Positions 17,811 to 27,187 of a DNA stretch of 52,586 bases are shown here, piece by piece. Made by a program: the position numbers and the translations under genes. The notes under the pieces were generated by a model, which was given only the letters and a program-made list of their open reading frames with translations, ran no database searches and was not told where the DNA came from. Position 1 is the first letter of the stretch. Each line of letters starts with the position of its first letter. The stretch spans positions 7,101 through 59,686 of the forward strand of contig CAZMFZ010000003.1 of NCBI GenBank assembly GCA_964565665.1, given 5' to 3'. This DNA comes from an uncultured Bifidobacteriaceae bacterium (GTDB taxonomy: Bacteria; Bacteroidota; Bacteroidia; Cytophagales; UBA9547).

Positions 17811-18647
17811 ATGTTCAAGGGCAGAAAATTAGTAATTGCAACCAAACACGAAAAAGAAAAAGTGATTTCCCCGCTTTTAGAAAAAGCTTTCGGAGTGTCA
17901 TGCTTTGTAAATGAAAACTTTGATACAGATGTTTTAGGCACTTTTACAGGTGAAATTGAACGAGAACTCGACCCCATTGCAACAGTCAGACAAAAATGCT
18001 TGAAGTCAATGGAAGTATCGAATTGCGATTTGGGTATAGCAAGTGAAGGCTCTTTTGGTTCTCATCCATCCATGTTTTTTGTAAACGCTGATGATGAGTT
18101 TTTGATTTTTATTGATAAGAAGAATAAAATAGAAATTATTGCAAGAGAATTAAGCACGCAAACAAACTTCAATGGCAAAGAGATTAAAACTGAAAATGAA
18201 CTTCTAGAATTCGCAGATTTAGTAAATTTTCCATCACATGGCCTCATCCTTCGTAAATCTAAAGAAGAAAACGAACACATTATAAAGGGGATTGTTGATC
18301 TAAACTCATTAAAAGAAGCATACAAAAAACTGTTTGAAATGTTTAATTCTGTGTATGCAGAAACCGATATGCGGGCAATGTACAATCCCTCTCGCATGAA
18401 GGTTATTGAAGCAGCGACTCAAAAATTAGTAGATAAAATAAATTCAACATGTCCTGAATGCAACATGCCAGGCTTTGCTATTACAGAAGCAAGAAAAGGA
18501 CTTGAATGTAGCTTGTGCGGCTCTGAGACCAATTCAATACTAAGCCATATTTACGTTTGCCAGCATTGTGAATACAAAAAGGAAGAAATGTTCCCGCATA
18601 GTAAAATAACCGAAGACCCTATGCATTGTGCCTATTGCAACCCTTAA
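17811..18647 (+). CDS. DUF6671-like protein with four C-terminal CxxC pairs
   Basis: IATKHEKE, DTDVLGTFTGEIER, IASEGSFG.HP, ETDMRAMYNPSRM, CPEC/CSLC/CQHC/CAYCNP. Confidence 0.78.
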   Translation: MFKGRKLVIATKHEKEKVISPLLEKAFGVSCFVNENFDTDVLGTFTGEIERELDPIATVRQKCLKSMEVSNCDLGIASEGSFGSHPSMFFVNADDEFLIFIDKKNKIEIIARELSTQTNFNGKEIKTENELLEFADLVNFPSHGLILRKSKEENEHIIKGIVDLNSLKEAYKKLFEMFNSVYAETDMRAMYNPSRMKVIEAATQKLVDKINSTCPECNMPGFAITEARKGLECSLCGSETNSILSHIYVCQHCEYKKEEMFPHSKITEDPMHCAYCNP

Positions 18648-18989
18648 CACAACTGAAAACTGGAATTATCGGGATTACTAATTTAAAATTTGATGATTAC
18701 CTTTTTCATAAAACCTTTGTAGACCAAACAACCACTGATTTGTATACTACTTGGCCTATGGCGTGCAAATTTTAAGATAAATGCAATTTCGGCTCAAAAC
18801 TAATACGTCTTTTAAGCAAGAGAATATTTCCAAACCTGATTTGGCATGGTCAATTATTATATTTGGCACAAATTACACGATCTATTATAGTCAAGATTAG
18901 GCTAGCAAAGTTTAAAGCTTTGGAGAAGTTTAGAATCTAAGAAAAATAGTAGATTTGCTGCTCGAAAGAAGTGAAACGACAATAAGCTA

Positions 18990-19973
18990 ATGATTAGAAA
19001 CGACTGGAAATTAGAAGAAATAAAAGATATATTTTACAAGCCTGTATTGGAGTTGGTGTACGAAGCGGCCACCATTCACAGACAATATAATGAAACAGGA
19101 GAAGTGCAGGTTTGCACTTTATTATCAGTGAAAACAGGGGGTTGTGCTGAAGATTGTGCTTATTGCCCGCAGGCAGCTCGCTATCATACCAATGTAAAAG
19201 CCCAGAAGCTGTTGGCAGTAGATGAAGTATTGAAAAATGCCCTGGAAGCTAAAGAATCGGGTAGTACACGCTTTTGTATGGGTGCAGCATGGAGAGAAAT
19301 CAGAGACAACAGAGATTTTGACAATGTGCTTGAAATGGTGAAAGGGGTAAATAATATGGGTATGGAAGTGTGTGCCACCCTAGGAATGCTTACACCCGAA
19401 CAAGCCGAAAAACTGAAAAATGCAGGATTGTATGCTTACAATCACAACCTTGATACCAGTGCCGACCATTACGACCAAATCATTACCACCAGAAAATACA
19501 GTGATAGATTAGATACTTTAGAAAATGTGCGCAAATCGGGTATTTCAGTTTGCTCAGGCGGCATTATTGGTATGGGCGAAACAGAATACGACCGCATAAG
19601 CATGCTGCATACTTTGGCTACTTTGCCTCAACATCCAGAATCGGTGCCGGTAAATGCTTTGGTGCCAGTAGAAGGCACACCGCTTGAAAATCAGGAGAAA
19701 GTATCGGTATGGGAAATGGTGCGTATGATAGCCACAGCCCGAGTTTTGATGCCCAAAGCGATGGTTCGCTTATCGGCAGGCAGGGTGAGAATGACTACTG
19801 AAGAACAAGCATTGTGTTTCTTAGCTGGAGCAAACTCTATTTTTGCGGGAGATAAATTGCTTACAACACCAAATCCAGGTACAATTGAAGACAAAGCCAT
19901 GTTTCAATTGCTGGGTTTGAAACCTAGAAAATCATTTAAAATTGAGGAGTTAGAAGAAATTGCTTTGTACTAA
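18990..19973 (+). CDS. bioB: Biotin synthase
   Basis: Radical SAM motif [47 protein letters not shown]. Confidence 0.97.
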   Translation: MIRNDWKLEEIKDIFYKPVLELVYEAATIHRQYNETGEVQVCTLLSVKTGGCAEDCAYCPQAARYHTNVKAQKLLAVDEVLKNALEAKESGSTRFCMGAAWREIRDNRDFDNVLEMVKGVNNMGMEVCATLGMLTPEQAEKLKNAGLYAYNHNLDTSADHYDQIITTRKYSDRLDTLENVRKSGISVCSGGIIGMGETEYDRISMLHTLATLPQHPESVPVNALVPVEGTPLENQEKVSVWEMVRMIATARVLMPKAMVRLSAGRVRMTTEEQALCFLAGANSIFAGDKLLTTPNPGTIEDKAMFQLLGLKPRKSFKIEELEEIALY

Positions 19974-20010
19974 CTTTGATTACGCAAATTCCTCTAACTT
20001 CAATTAGTAG

Positions 20011-20691
20011 CTATTTAGCATACACATATTTCAGAAACTCATCTTTCTTAGCTTCCTCTTCAAATCGACCACTATAATGCGAAGTTACTGTGCTTGAGCT
20101 CCTGTCTTCCACGCCTCTAGACGATACGCACAAGTGTTGGGCATCAATTACCACAGCCACATCATCGGTATTTAAGGCTTTTTTGAGTTCATTGGCTATT
20201 TGCACGGTCAATCGTTCTTGCACTTGTGGGCGTTTGGCATAATATTGCACAATTCGGTTTATTTTCGATAAGCCAATTACACTACCATTTGAAATATACG
20301 CTACATGAGCCATACCCACGATGGGTACAAAATGATGCTCGCAGTTGGAATACAAGGTGATATTTCTCTCCACAAGCATTTCGTTGTATTTATACTTATT
20401 TTCGAAAAGAGCTATTTTAGGTTTGTTGGCAGGATTTAATCCGCTAAAAATCTCCTTCACATACATTTTGGCTACACGATGCGGTGTGCCTTTTAAACTA
20501 TCGTCAGTCAAGTCTAAGCCCAAAATATTCATAATTTCACGAAAGTGTTCTTCGATAAGTTCCACTTTTGTGTCGTCATCCATATCAAAAGCATTTTCTT
20601 TCATCGGTGTATCAATAGAAGTCATAATATGGTTTTCGCCCATTGCATCTACATCTTCTTTATCGATTAATAATTTTTCAAGTGAACCCAT
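20011..20691 (-). CDS. folE: GTP cyclohydrolase I
   Basis: TPHRVAKMY, CEHHFVP, GLSKINR, RPQVQERL, HLCVSSRG. Confidence 0.97.
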   Translation of the reverse strand: MGSLEKLLIDKEDVDAMGENHIMTSIDTPMKENAFDMDDDTKVELIEEHFREIMNILGLDLTDDSLKGTPHRVAKMYVKEIFSGLNPANKPKIALFENKYKYNEMLVERNITLYSNCEHHFVPIVGMAHVAYISNGSVIGLSKINRIVQYYAKRPQVQERLTVQIANELKKALNTDDVAVVIDAQHLCVSSRGVEDRSSSTVTSHYSGRFEEEAKKDEFLKYVYAK

Positions 20692-21056
20692 TCAGATTTT
20701 TGTTTAGTGTTTCAATCTAGTGAGATTAACAAATGATGATGACTAAGGTTCAAAGTTTATGAATAATTTTTGGTAAATAAGCAATGTTTTATTTTTCAAA
20801 ACTTTATGCTTGTTTGCCCAAATAATAATCATATCCTGCATATCAATATCACAATACACGAAATAGCAAGTATGCGATTAAGAATTTTATTTCAAGGTGA
20901 TATTCATAATTAGTAAATGTATCCATCACACTCCTATAACTAAGAAATTATGTAGCCAAATTAATCTTTATCATTCAATTTTTACTCAATAAATATGAGC
21001 GAATGTATACATTGGCAGTTTTTCAAATTATCTCCCTCTCATTTATTGATAATAAA

Positions 21057-21064
21057 TATATTTG
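21057..21064 (+). promoter_or_regulatory. Bacteroidota sigma70 -7 box upstream of argG
   Basis: TATATTTG matches TAnnTTTG, 25 nt before the probable ATG; no clear -33 box. Confidence 0.5.
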
Positions 21065-21089
21065 CCTGCATTTTATAAATCTTATTACA

Positions 21090-22277
21090 ATGAAACTTCT
21101 TCTTGCTTTTAGCGGAGGCCTCGATACCTCTTTTTGTGTAAAATATTTGATAGAACAAGGCTACGAAGTGCATACCGCCATAGTAGATACTGGAGGCTTC
21201 ACCAAAGATGAATTGGCAGATATTGAGAAAAAAGCCTTTGAACTAGGCTCAAAGTCCCATATAACACTCAACATAATTAATGAATATTATCAAAAATGCC
21301 TCAAGTATTTAATATTTGGCAATGTGCTTCGGAACAATACTTATCCACTTTCAGTAAGTGCCGAGAGAGTATTTCAAGCATTGTCTATTGCTAAGTATGC
21401 CGATGAAATAAAAGCAGAATATGTTGCACATGGCAGCACAGGTGCTGGAAACGATCAGGTGCGGTTCGATATGATATTTAATATTGTATGCCCCGAGGTA
21501 AAAATAATTACCCCTATTCGCGACCTTAAACTATCAAGAGAAGAAGAAATAGAATACCTAATAAAAAAGGGTGTAGTCAGAGATTGGACAAAAGCAGCCT
21601 ATTCTATCAATAAAGGTATTTGGGGTACATCTGTGGGCGGTAAAGAAACGCTCACCTCTGATAAAAGCCTTCCAGAAACAGCTTTTCCAACCCAAAAAAC
21701 CAAATCAGGCTCAGAGACGATTACACTTTTATTTGAAAAGGGAGAATTAAATGCAGTAAATGGCATACCATATTCCAGCCCTATTGAGGCAGTAAATGTG
21801 CTGAACGATATAGCCGCACCCTACGGAATTGGTCGCGATATCCACGTGGGCGACACCATCATTGGCATCAAAGGCAGGGTGGGTTTCGAGGCGGCAGCTC
21901 CCCTTATCATTATCAAGGCCCATCATTTACTCGAAAAACACACCTTGGTAAAATGGCAATTGTATTGGAAAGATCAAATGGCTAATTGGTATGGCATGAT
22001 GGTACATGAAGGGCAATTTCTAGATCCTGTAATGCGAAATATAGAATCATTTCTTGAAGACACACAGAAAACCGTGAGTGGCAAAGTATACATTGAGCTA
22101 CAACCGTATCATTTTGTATTACATGGCATTAAATCTGAGCATGATTTGATGTCGAGCAAATTTGGCAAATATGGCGAAATGAACAATGCTTGGTCGGGCG
22201 ATGATGTAAAAGGGTTTGCTAAAATATTTGGCAACCAAACCATGATTTACCACCGTGTGAACGAAACAGAAATATAA
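21090..22277 (+). CDS. argG: Argininosuccinate synthase (start moved from 21003 to 21090)
   Basis: LLAFSGGLDTS, AHGSTGAGNDQVRF, IIGIKGRVGFEA; family similarity begins at MKLLLAF. Confidence 0.96.
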   Translation: MKLLLAFSGGLDTSFCVKYLIEQGYEVHTAIVDTGGFTKDELADIEKKAFELGSKSHITLNIINEYYQKCLKYLIFGNVLRNNTYPLSVSAERVFQALSIAKYADEIKAEYVAHGSTGAGNDQVRFDMIFNIVCPEVKIITPIRDLKLSREEEIEYLIKKGVVRDWTKAAYSINKGIWGTSVGGKETLTSDKSLPETAFPTQKTKSGSETITLLFEKGELNAVNGIPYSSPIEAVNVLNDIAAPYGIGRDIHVGDTIIGIKGRVGFEAAAPLIIIKAHHLLEKHTLVKWQLYWKDQMANWYGMMVHEGQFLDPVMRNIESFLEDTQKTVSGKVYIELQPYHFVLHGIKSEHDLMSSKFGKYGEMNNAWSGDDVKGFAKIFGNQTMIYHRVNETEI

Positions 22278-22319
22278 TTCAGCTTCAGTATTCAACTATT
22301 TAATGGCTATTTTGGATTT

Positions 22320-22354
22320 AAAATGAATTATTTGAAGTACATAATTCATTTTTT
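22320..22354 (+). terminator. AU-rich hairpin after argG
   Basis: AAAATGAATTAT/ATAATTCATTTT 12-bp inverted repeat plus T run. Confidence 0.45.
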
Positions 22355-22462
22355 ATTAAATACTATTATACTTTAATAATTGCTTTTTTTGATAGATATT
22401 TGAAGGTAATTAAATGTGCATTATCGCATATTCAACTATAATAATTAGAAAAACCTATACCT

Positions 22463-24586
22463 ATGTCTAAATTAAAACTTGCAGCCACTGCATTAGTTTC
22501 CGCACTTGCCTATTCATTTTCTTTTGCTCAAGAAATAACTTGGGCAAATAAATTGCTCGAAATTACCAACAGATTTCAATTTGAAAACAATGGGGCAGAG
22601 GCTTTATTGGGCGTTCCTACTGTATATCCGGGAAAATTAGACGAATCAAAAGTAGATACATACAGCGAGGGCTATATCATCTACAATGAAAATACTTTAA
22701 AAAAGAACTCCATTGTAGTAGGCTTCCCTTCGGCTATTATGGCTAGGCAAGTAATTGTAGGGGGCATATTTAATGTAGGGTCTATCAATTCTATAAGCAT
22801 AATTACCGAAAACAATAAAGAAAAAGAAATTTACAAACCCAGTATTAAAGCTTCTAAAACAAAGTTCAATAGCTTTTCTACCTTTTTTAGTGCAGCAAAA
22901 GTAATAGCAGTTAAAATAGTAATCGACCCTAGCAAAATAAATGAATGGAATATTCTGAAAGGCATAGGTATATCAAATTCCGATCAGCCTGCTGATTTAA
23001 AGCCAAATGCACTCGTAACTAACGATGGGTTCAAATCAAAAGAAAAAATTGCAGGCAAAATTACAAGCGATACAAGTTGCATGGCTTTCAATCCCAAAGT
23101 ATCACCTGATGGCAAAACGCTCTATTTTGTAAAAGACTGCAGAAATGAATTAAATAACCAAGAGATATGGCTTTCAGAATTGAATGCAAAAGGTGAATGG
23201 AGCGATGCCAAAAATGCTGGCTTCCCACTTAATAACAAAGGGCATAATTTTGTGGCATCAATAAGCCTCGATGGTCGATTTTTGATATTGGGCAATACCT
23301 ACAATGAAGATGGTACTGAGGCTACCGATGGCGTTTCTATATCACATAGAAAAGAATTGGGCGGATGGGAAGTGCCAAAACCAATTAAAATACCTGGTTT
23401 TACAAATAAGAATAGCCATGCCAATTTCTTTATGAGTGCCGATGAATCTACATTGCTTATTGCCATTCAAGACGATAAAAGTATAGGCGATCTCGATTTG
23501 TATTTCTGTAAGTATAATAAATATGCCCAAACTTGGGATGCTCCTGTAAATCTTGGTTCAGTAATCAACACACCCTACCAAGAAGATTATCCATTTTTAG
23601 CTGTAGATGGCAAAACCTTGTATTTCAGCTCAAAAGGTTATTTGGGCTTCGGTGGGCACGACATATATATGTCGAAAAGAATAGATGATAGCTACACTAA
23701 ATGGAGCAAGCCTGTAAATTTAGGACCGTTAGTAAATTCAAAAACTGATGATAAAGGCTTTTTGATCGCTGCTCGTGGCGATCAAGCCTACTTTAATTCT
23801 GTAAGTTCCGAAAACGATACTTTGCAGCACATGGATATTTATAAGATAGATTTACCGAAAGTACTCAAGCAAAATCCACAGGTGTTATTATCAGGCTCTA
23901 TACTTGATAGAGATTCGAAAATGCCAATCAGAGGAACGGTGAGAATTAAAAATAAAGCAGGTGAGCTAATTTCGTATTGTACTTCCAATCCAAAAAATGG
24001 CAAGTATGTGCTTTCTGTTGCATTTGGGCAGGTGTATAATCTTCGGGTAGATGCCATCAATTATTTCAAAGTTGAAGAAGATTTAAAGCTTACTGATTCA
24101 TTGGTAGGGATTGAAATATTTAAAAATTTCAAGTTGGGAGCCTACCTCGATTCAGGCCAAACCCTTACTATCCGCAATTTATTATTTGAGAAAAGCAGTG
24201 CCAAACTTTCATCTGTTACAGGTTTTGTACTTGACTCTTTGGTAGATAAGCTAAACCAACAGCCCGATGCAATCATAGAAATTGGCGGGCATACTGATAA
24301 TATTGGCGACACAAAACAGGTAGTAAAAAAAGGCAAACCGAGCAAAGGGAAAAAAGCTGTGAAGAAGCCTGCCATTGCAGTAGCATTTGTAGATAACAAA
24401 ACACTTTCTTTGCAAAGAGCTCAAAGTGTAGGTAAATATTTAGAATCAAAAGGTATAGCTGCAAGAAGAATTTCCTGCAAAGGATATGGCTCAGAGCAGC
24501 CCGTTGCTAGCAATACCACACCAGAGGGTAAAGCAACGAATAGGCGAGTGGTAGTTAAGTTTTTAACTAAGATTGCAAAAGAGTAG
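22463..24586 (+). CDS. PorE-like periplasmic protein: PD40 beta-propeller, beta-sandwich linker and OmpA_C peptidoglycan-binding domain
   Basis: Signal peptide; PD40 repeats (PKVSPDGKTLYF, PFLAVDGKTLYFSS.G..GFGGHDIY); IEIGGHTDNIG..LSLQRA..GYGSEQP..NRRV. Confidence 0.88.
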   Translation: MSKLKLAATALVSALAYSFSFAQEITWANKLLEITNRFQFENNGAEALLGVPTVYPGKLDESKVDTYSEGYIIYNENTLKKNSIVVGFPSAIMARQVIVGGIFNVGSINSISIITENNKEKEIYKPSIKASKTKFNSFSTFFSAAKVIAVKIVIDPSKINEWNILKGIGISNSDQPADLKPNALVTNDGFKSKEKIAGKITSDTSCMAFNPKVSPDGKTLYFVKDCRNELNNQEIWLSELNAKGEWSDAKNAGFPLNNKGHNFVASISLDGRFLILGNTYNEDGTEATDGVSISHRKELGGWEVPKPIKIPGFTNKNSHANFFMSADESTLLIAIQDDKSIGDLDLYFCKYNKYAQTWDAPVNLGSVINTPYQEDYPFLAVDGKTLYFSSKGYLGFGGHDIYMSKRIDDSYTKWSKPVNLGPLVNSKTDDKGFLIAARGDQAYFNSVSSENDTLQHMDIYKIDLPKVLKQNPQVLLSGSILDRDSKMPIRGTVRIKNKAGELISYCTSNPKNGKYVLSVAFGQVYNLRVDAINYFKVEEDLKLTDSLVGIEIFKNFKLGAYLDSGQTLTIRNLLFEKSSAKLSSVTGFVLDSLVDKLNQQPDAIIEIGGHTDNIGDTKQVVKKGKPSKGKKAVKKPAIAVAFVDNKTLSLQRAQSVGKYLESKGIAARRISCKGYGSEQPVASNTTPEGKATNRRVVVKFLTKIAKE

Positions 24587-24663
24587 GAACATCAACAGGA
24601 TTCCATTTTTGATTGAATGGCATACAGTCGAAAAAAACTTTAATGTAGTTGTTTTGAAAAGTT

Positions 24664-25905
24664 TTACATCTGCAATTTCCGTAGTTTCTCGGCTTTAAAT
24701 GCAGTCACAATCACTACTGCAATTGATACTATTCCGCCTATTACTACAGAATTTACTACTCCTAAAAACTTGGCTGCCAACCCACTTTCGAATGCCCCAA
24801 TTTCATTGCTAGAGCCAATAAATATGTTATTAATAGCAGATACCCTGCCTTTCATATAATCTGGTGTATGAAGTTGCATGAGTGTACCGCGTATTACCAC
24901 ACTTACCCCATCCATTATTCCGGCAAATAGCAAAATAAAAAACGAGAGCCAAAAATAAGTACTTAATCCAAAGGCAATCATCGCGATGCCAAACCCTGCC
25001 ACAGCGAAAAGTAGTTTCAATCCGGCATTTCTTTTTATTGGTTTATGAGCCAATAAAATGGCCACACTCACTGCACCCAAGCCCATGGCAGCTTTAAGTA
25101 AGCCAAATTCAAATGCACCCACATGCAAAATGTCTTTCGCGAAAACAGGCAATAGAGCCACTGCCCCGCCAAATAGCACTGCAAATAAATCGAGTGTAAT
25201 AGTAGAAAGAATAATCTGGTGATTGAATACAAACCGCAATCCCGCAGTTATATTTTCCCACATAGAATCAGTAGTATTTTTAGTTGGGTTTGGTTTTCTT
25301 TTAATCAAAGAAAATAAGCTAATTGAGATTATAATCAGCGAGGCATCGGCCAAATAGCTGGTGGCAATGCCTAATGGGGCAATCAGTAATCCGCCAATGG
25401 CTGGCCCGGCAGTGGCTGAAATCTGCCAAACGGTGCTATTCCAAGTCACTGCATTCGAATACATTGCTTTATTATTGATAATCTGTGGCCAAAAAGAGAA
25501 TATTGCTGGGCCAAGAATGCCTCGGGCAATGCCACTTATAAAAATAATAGTATAAATAGCAAATGTTCCGAAGTTTGTAAGCATATCATTTACATTTGTC
25601 GATACAAAAAATAAAGCTGATGAACAGCCAAATAGCACAAAAGCACACCAAAGAATAATGGTTTTTCTATTGAAAGTATCGGCCATTTGTCCGCCAAAAA
25701 GGGCTATGCCAATGGCAGGGATTGCTTCTGCCAAGCCTATAAGACCTAGAGAAAAAGGATTATCTGTGAGCTGGTATATTTGCCAGCCCACTATTACTGA
25801 TTGTATTTGTATAGAAAAATTGAGTAGAAATCGAGCTGCAAGAAACAGGGTAAATTCTTTATTTCTTAGAGCAGTATAGGGGTCGTATTTTATTTCGTTC
25901 ATCAC
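24664..25905 (-). CDS. MFS transporter (EntS/MFS_3-like)
   Basis: About 12 TM segments, GGQMADTFNRK motif A, LDLFAVLFGGAVALLP, GRVSAIN..SSNEIGAFESG. Confidence 0.92.
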   Translation of the reverse strand: MMNEIKYDPYTALRNKEFTLFLAARFLLNFSIQIQSVIVGWQIYQLTDNPFSLGLIGLAEAIPAIGIALFGGQMADTFNRKTIILWCAFVLFGCSSALFFVSTNVNDMLTNFGTFAIYTIIFISGIARGILGPAIFSFWPQIINNKAMYSNAVTWNSTVWQISATAGPAIGGLLIAPLGIATSYLADASLIIISISLFSLIKRKPNPTKNTTDSMWENITAGLRFVFNHQIILSTITLDLFAVLFGGAVALLPVFAKDILHVGAFEFGLLKAAMGLGAVSVAILLAHKPIKRNAGLKLLFAVAGFGIAMIAFGLSTYFWLSFFILLFAGIMDGVSVVIRGTLMQLHTPDYMKGRVSAINNIFIGSSNEIGAFESGLAAKFLGVVNSVVIGGIVSIAVVIVTAFKAEKLRKLQM

Positions 25906-25907
25906 TC

Positions 25908-25942
25908 ATTGATTGCCGTGGATTTAAACCCACGGCATCAAT
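25908..25942. repeat. GC-rich REP-like palindrome
   Basis: ATTGAT-TGCCGTGG-ATTTAAAC-CCACGGCA-TCAAT between two co-oriented genes. Confidence 0.65.
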
Positions 25943-25973
25943 TGAAATGGATTTAGATTTTATTTTTATTCAT

Positions 25974-26279
25974 TTAATTCATTACTTCTAATACTGTTCT
26001 GAAAAATAGCACCCTGTCCCCAAAATTTTGTGATGCCATGCGTTCAAATTTGTACATAAAATCTTCCTCAGAAATACTTACATAGGTGGCACTAGGCATT
26101 GAAAACTGCACTGCATAAGTATTTCCGTTTTCTTCGTCTTCGGTGAGCAATCGCATTATGCGATTATCGGTAAAAAGCCCCGTGGCCATTACTTCAGGCA
26201 CATATACTTTTTTTAGCCAATCGAGCCAATGCAATTTCAGGCTCGATTCTACATTAAAAGTTTGATTTATGATTACCAT
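25974..26279 (-). CDS. DUF4286 family protein
   Basis: 101 aa; WLDWLKKVYVPEVM.TG.F, TYAVQF, FGDRVLFFRTVLEV typical of this Bacteroidota family. Confidence 0.82.
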   Translation of the reverse strand: MVIINQTFNVESSLKLHWLDWLKKVYVPEVMATGLFTDNRIMRLLTEDEENGNTYAVQFSMPSATYVSISEEDFMYKFERMASQNFGDRVLFFRTVLEVMN

Positions 26280-26340
26280 TAATTATTCGGAATTTTGATT
26301 TTTTGATTGCCGATTATAATCAATTGGCAATCGAATACGA

Positions 26341-26913
26341 TTAAAAAGTATCTACAATTTTGGATATTTTTCCGAATATTTCATCAATTTCACCAATTCC
26401 CTTTATGCCCGAGTATTTTCTTTGCAAAGTATAAAATTCTGCAACGGGTACAGTTTTGGTGTTGTATTCGGTAATGCGTTTGCGAATAAGCGTTTCATCT
26501 TGGTCGTCTGGTCTCCCTGAGTCTTTGCCTCTGATAATTAAGCGTTTCACCAATTCCTCTTCGGCTACTTCTAGGGCTATCATGCCTTTAATAGGGTTTC
26601 CTTTGGCATTCAGCAATTTGTCGAGGGCTTCAGCTTGCGGCACAGTGCGCGGAAATCCATCAAAAATAAACCCTTTTGTAGATGGGAATTCTTCCATTTT
26701 ATGGTCTATCATGTCTATTACAAGCTCATCAGGCACAAGCAAACCTTGATTCATAAATTCTTGAGCTTTTACTCCCAATGGAGTATTATTTTTGAGTTCT
26801 GCTCTTAAAATATCGCCTGTAGAAAGATGGATAAGCTCATATTTTGCGATTAGCTTTTCACTTTGTGTTCCTTTTCCTGCTCCTGGAGGGCCGAATAAAA
26901 CTATATTTATCAT
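26341..26913 (-). CDS. adk: Adenylate kinase (short LID; start moved to 26913)
   Basis: NIVLFGPPGAGKGTQ P-loop, HLSTGDILR, LVPDE, FIFDGFPRT, GRPDD. Confidence 0.97.
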   Translation of the reverse strand: MINIVLFGPPGAGKGTQSEKLIAKYELIHLSTGDILRAELKNNTPLGVKAQEFMNQGLLVPDELVIDMIDHKMEEFPSTKGFIFDGFPRTVPQAEALDKLLNAKGNPIKGMIALEVAEEELVKRLIIRGKDSGRPDDQDETLIRKRITEYNTKTVPVAEFYTLQRKYSGIKGIGEIDEIFGKISKIVDTF

Positions 26914-27187
26914 TATAATGATGTTTTTGTAATTAACTATTTTCCAAAAATACATATATGAATTGAAATGCCCATGAAGAATACATTACTACCTCACAAT
27001 ATTAAATACTGTATGTACTTCGATTTCGATAAGAATACCAAATTAGATCGTAGGTACTACTGCTCATGTTTACTTAATGTTATCTTTTAGGGCCAAAACA
27101 CTCTTTTTGTTCACAATTATTTAAAATCAGTTTTTAGTACAAGTCTTTAATTAGATTTAATTTTAGCATCATTAAATACTATTATGC

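Noticed and set aside
18649-18774. ~40-codon open stretch after DUF6671 as a possible gene remnant
   Set aside because: No convincing start and no recognisable similarity
21002-21013. Perfect palindrome AATGTATACATT upstream of argG as an ArgR box
   Set aside because: Poor match to the TGAAT/TGCAT-N4-ATTCA/ATGCA consensus, no tandem box, and easily produced by chance in AT-rich DNA
26305-26332. Imperfect hairpin GATTGCCGATT...AATTGGCAATC between adk and DUF4286
   Set aside because: Short and imperfect with no clear U-tail; function cannot be supported
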